From Hypanus sabinus (Eukaryota): DNA of 64,000 nucleotides. Shown here in pieces: positions 62,790 to 64,000 of the stretch; position 1 is the first letter of the stretch, and every line of letters starts with the position of its first letter. The notes under the pieces were generated by a model. It had not been told where the DNA came from. It made no database searches and saw only the letters and a list, made by a program, of their open reading frames with translations. A program made the position numbers and the translations under genes. The stretch covers positions 189,162,001 through 189,226,000 of the forward strand of contig NC_082707.1 of the NCBI RefSeq assembly GCF_030144855.1, given 5' to 3'.

Positions 62790-64000
62790 TAAGTTGACTG
62801 TCACACCCTGTCCCAACCTATAATACCCTCAGTCAAGCATCTGCCACAAAATGTGAAGAACTTGCAATCATTTTTATCAACAAAATTACTTCCAATAGGG
62901 ACAGTATTGCTACAGATTCTGGTAACGTCTGTAGCCAACCTTGTAAAAATGATAGAAACTGTCAGAACTCTACAAGGTTGTAACAAAAACTGTCTTCTGT
63001 CTCTACCACACCTTTTAAGTACTCTTTTAATAGTGAGTTCAAGTTTGGTAGGAAAATTATTAACACATCCCTTGAAACTGGAGTTTTATTTTCATATGCT
63101 CTCAAAATTACAACTGTTAAACCCTACTTAAAAAGCCAGACTTGATAGGGAGGTACTAGCGAACTCCAGACCAATATCAAATCTTCCCTTCCTGGGAAAG
63201 ATTCTTGAGAAAGCCATCTTCAACTAACTCAACAACTTTCTGAATGAGAACAATATCCGAGAAAAGTTTCAGTCAACTTTCAGTCAAAGTTTCAGTCATG
63301 GAGACAGCTCTTAACAAAATTGTCAGCGACCTTAGATTCAACGTTGATGCCGACAAGGTCTCAGTTCTAATTCTCCTAGATCTAAGTGCTGCCTTCAACA
63401 CATTGGATCAGAACACTCTCCTAGATCACCTTGAGAAATGGGTTGGCCTCTCTGGTAGTACACTTAATTGGTTTTGCTCATGCAGTACATCTTAGAGAGA
63501 AAATGTTTTGTCTTGTATTGGAGACCATTTTTTCTAAGAGATATGATGTACCTCCAGATAAACTGTCTTGATCCCTGACTTTTCTCCTTATATATGCTCC
63601 CCTTAGGAGACATCTTTACAGAGCATAAACTTTATATCCACAGTTATACAGATGACACACAATTGTATATTTCAGTTGAGCCTGATAATGATAACACTCA
63701 GTCTTCTCGGACTTCTGGATTCTGTAATAAACAAATGGAGGAGCAATAATTTCCTAAAACTAAATGAAGATAAAACTGAAATACTTTTTTGTTGGTCCCA
63801 AAGCCAAAAGAGATAACTTCTTGATAAATTTAGGAACTTGGCTCCCCTTGTAAATTCAGAAGTAACAAGCCTGGATGTTAACCTTGTTTCAGATTTTAAA
63901 TCCTACATAAATAAAATAACCAGAGAAATATTGCAAAGTAACATCCGTTTCTGTCAAATAATGGTGCTGAAAGTCTAACTCACACCTTTATATCAAATAG
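62790..64000 (+). mobile_element. L2-clade LINE RT fragment, running off the right edge
   Basis: RPISNLPFLGKILEK; ETALNKIVSDL...SVLILLDLSAAFNTLD..LL.HLEKWVGLSG..LNWF; FSLYMLPLG; [12 protein letters not shown]. Confidence 0.92.

Noticed and set aside
1-64000. CRISPR array, operon or other prokaryotic system
   Set aside because: No regularly spaced direct repeats or dense ORFs; the window is intron-rich vertebrate DNA.

Overview
Repeat-rich vertebrate DNA. The transposon repertoire (HE1/V-SINE-type SINEs, CR1, Rex1, Penelope-like and Deu-SINE relics) points to a cartilaginous fish, probably a ray; this is an inference. The only credible host gene is the 5' end of neurexin-3 alpha (NRXN3) on the minus strand. 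Its first coding exon (2202-3429) encodes the signal peptide, LNS1 and EGF1 behind a 543-nt leader rich in upstream AUGs. A putative non-coding first exon ends at 49993, inside a CpG-rich region (~46030-50480), which would make intron 1 about 46.6 kb. The rest of the window is mostly decayed, often nested transposons: CR1, Rex1/Babar, L2, Nimb/I, Penelope-like (PLE), Tc1, hAT MITEs, a Helitron helicase relic, a solo LTR and SINEs. The most notable structures are many PLE insertions carrying minimal hammerhead ribozyme motifs. Several form inverted-repeat (fold-back) units with a one-sided ~35-nt tail and 10-14 bp target-site duplications (TSDs). Family assignments come from recognised motifs, not database searches, and most repeat boundaries are approximate. 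I did not find a wholly new system; the findings are unusual instances or candidate regulatory features of known ones.
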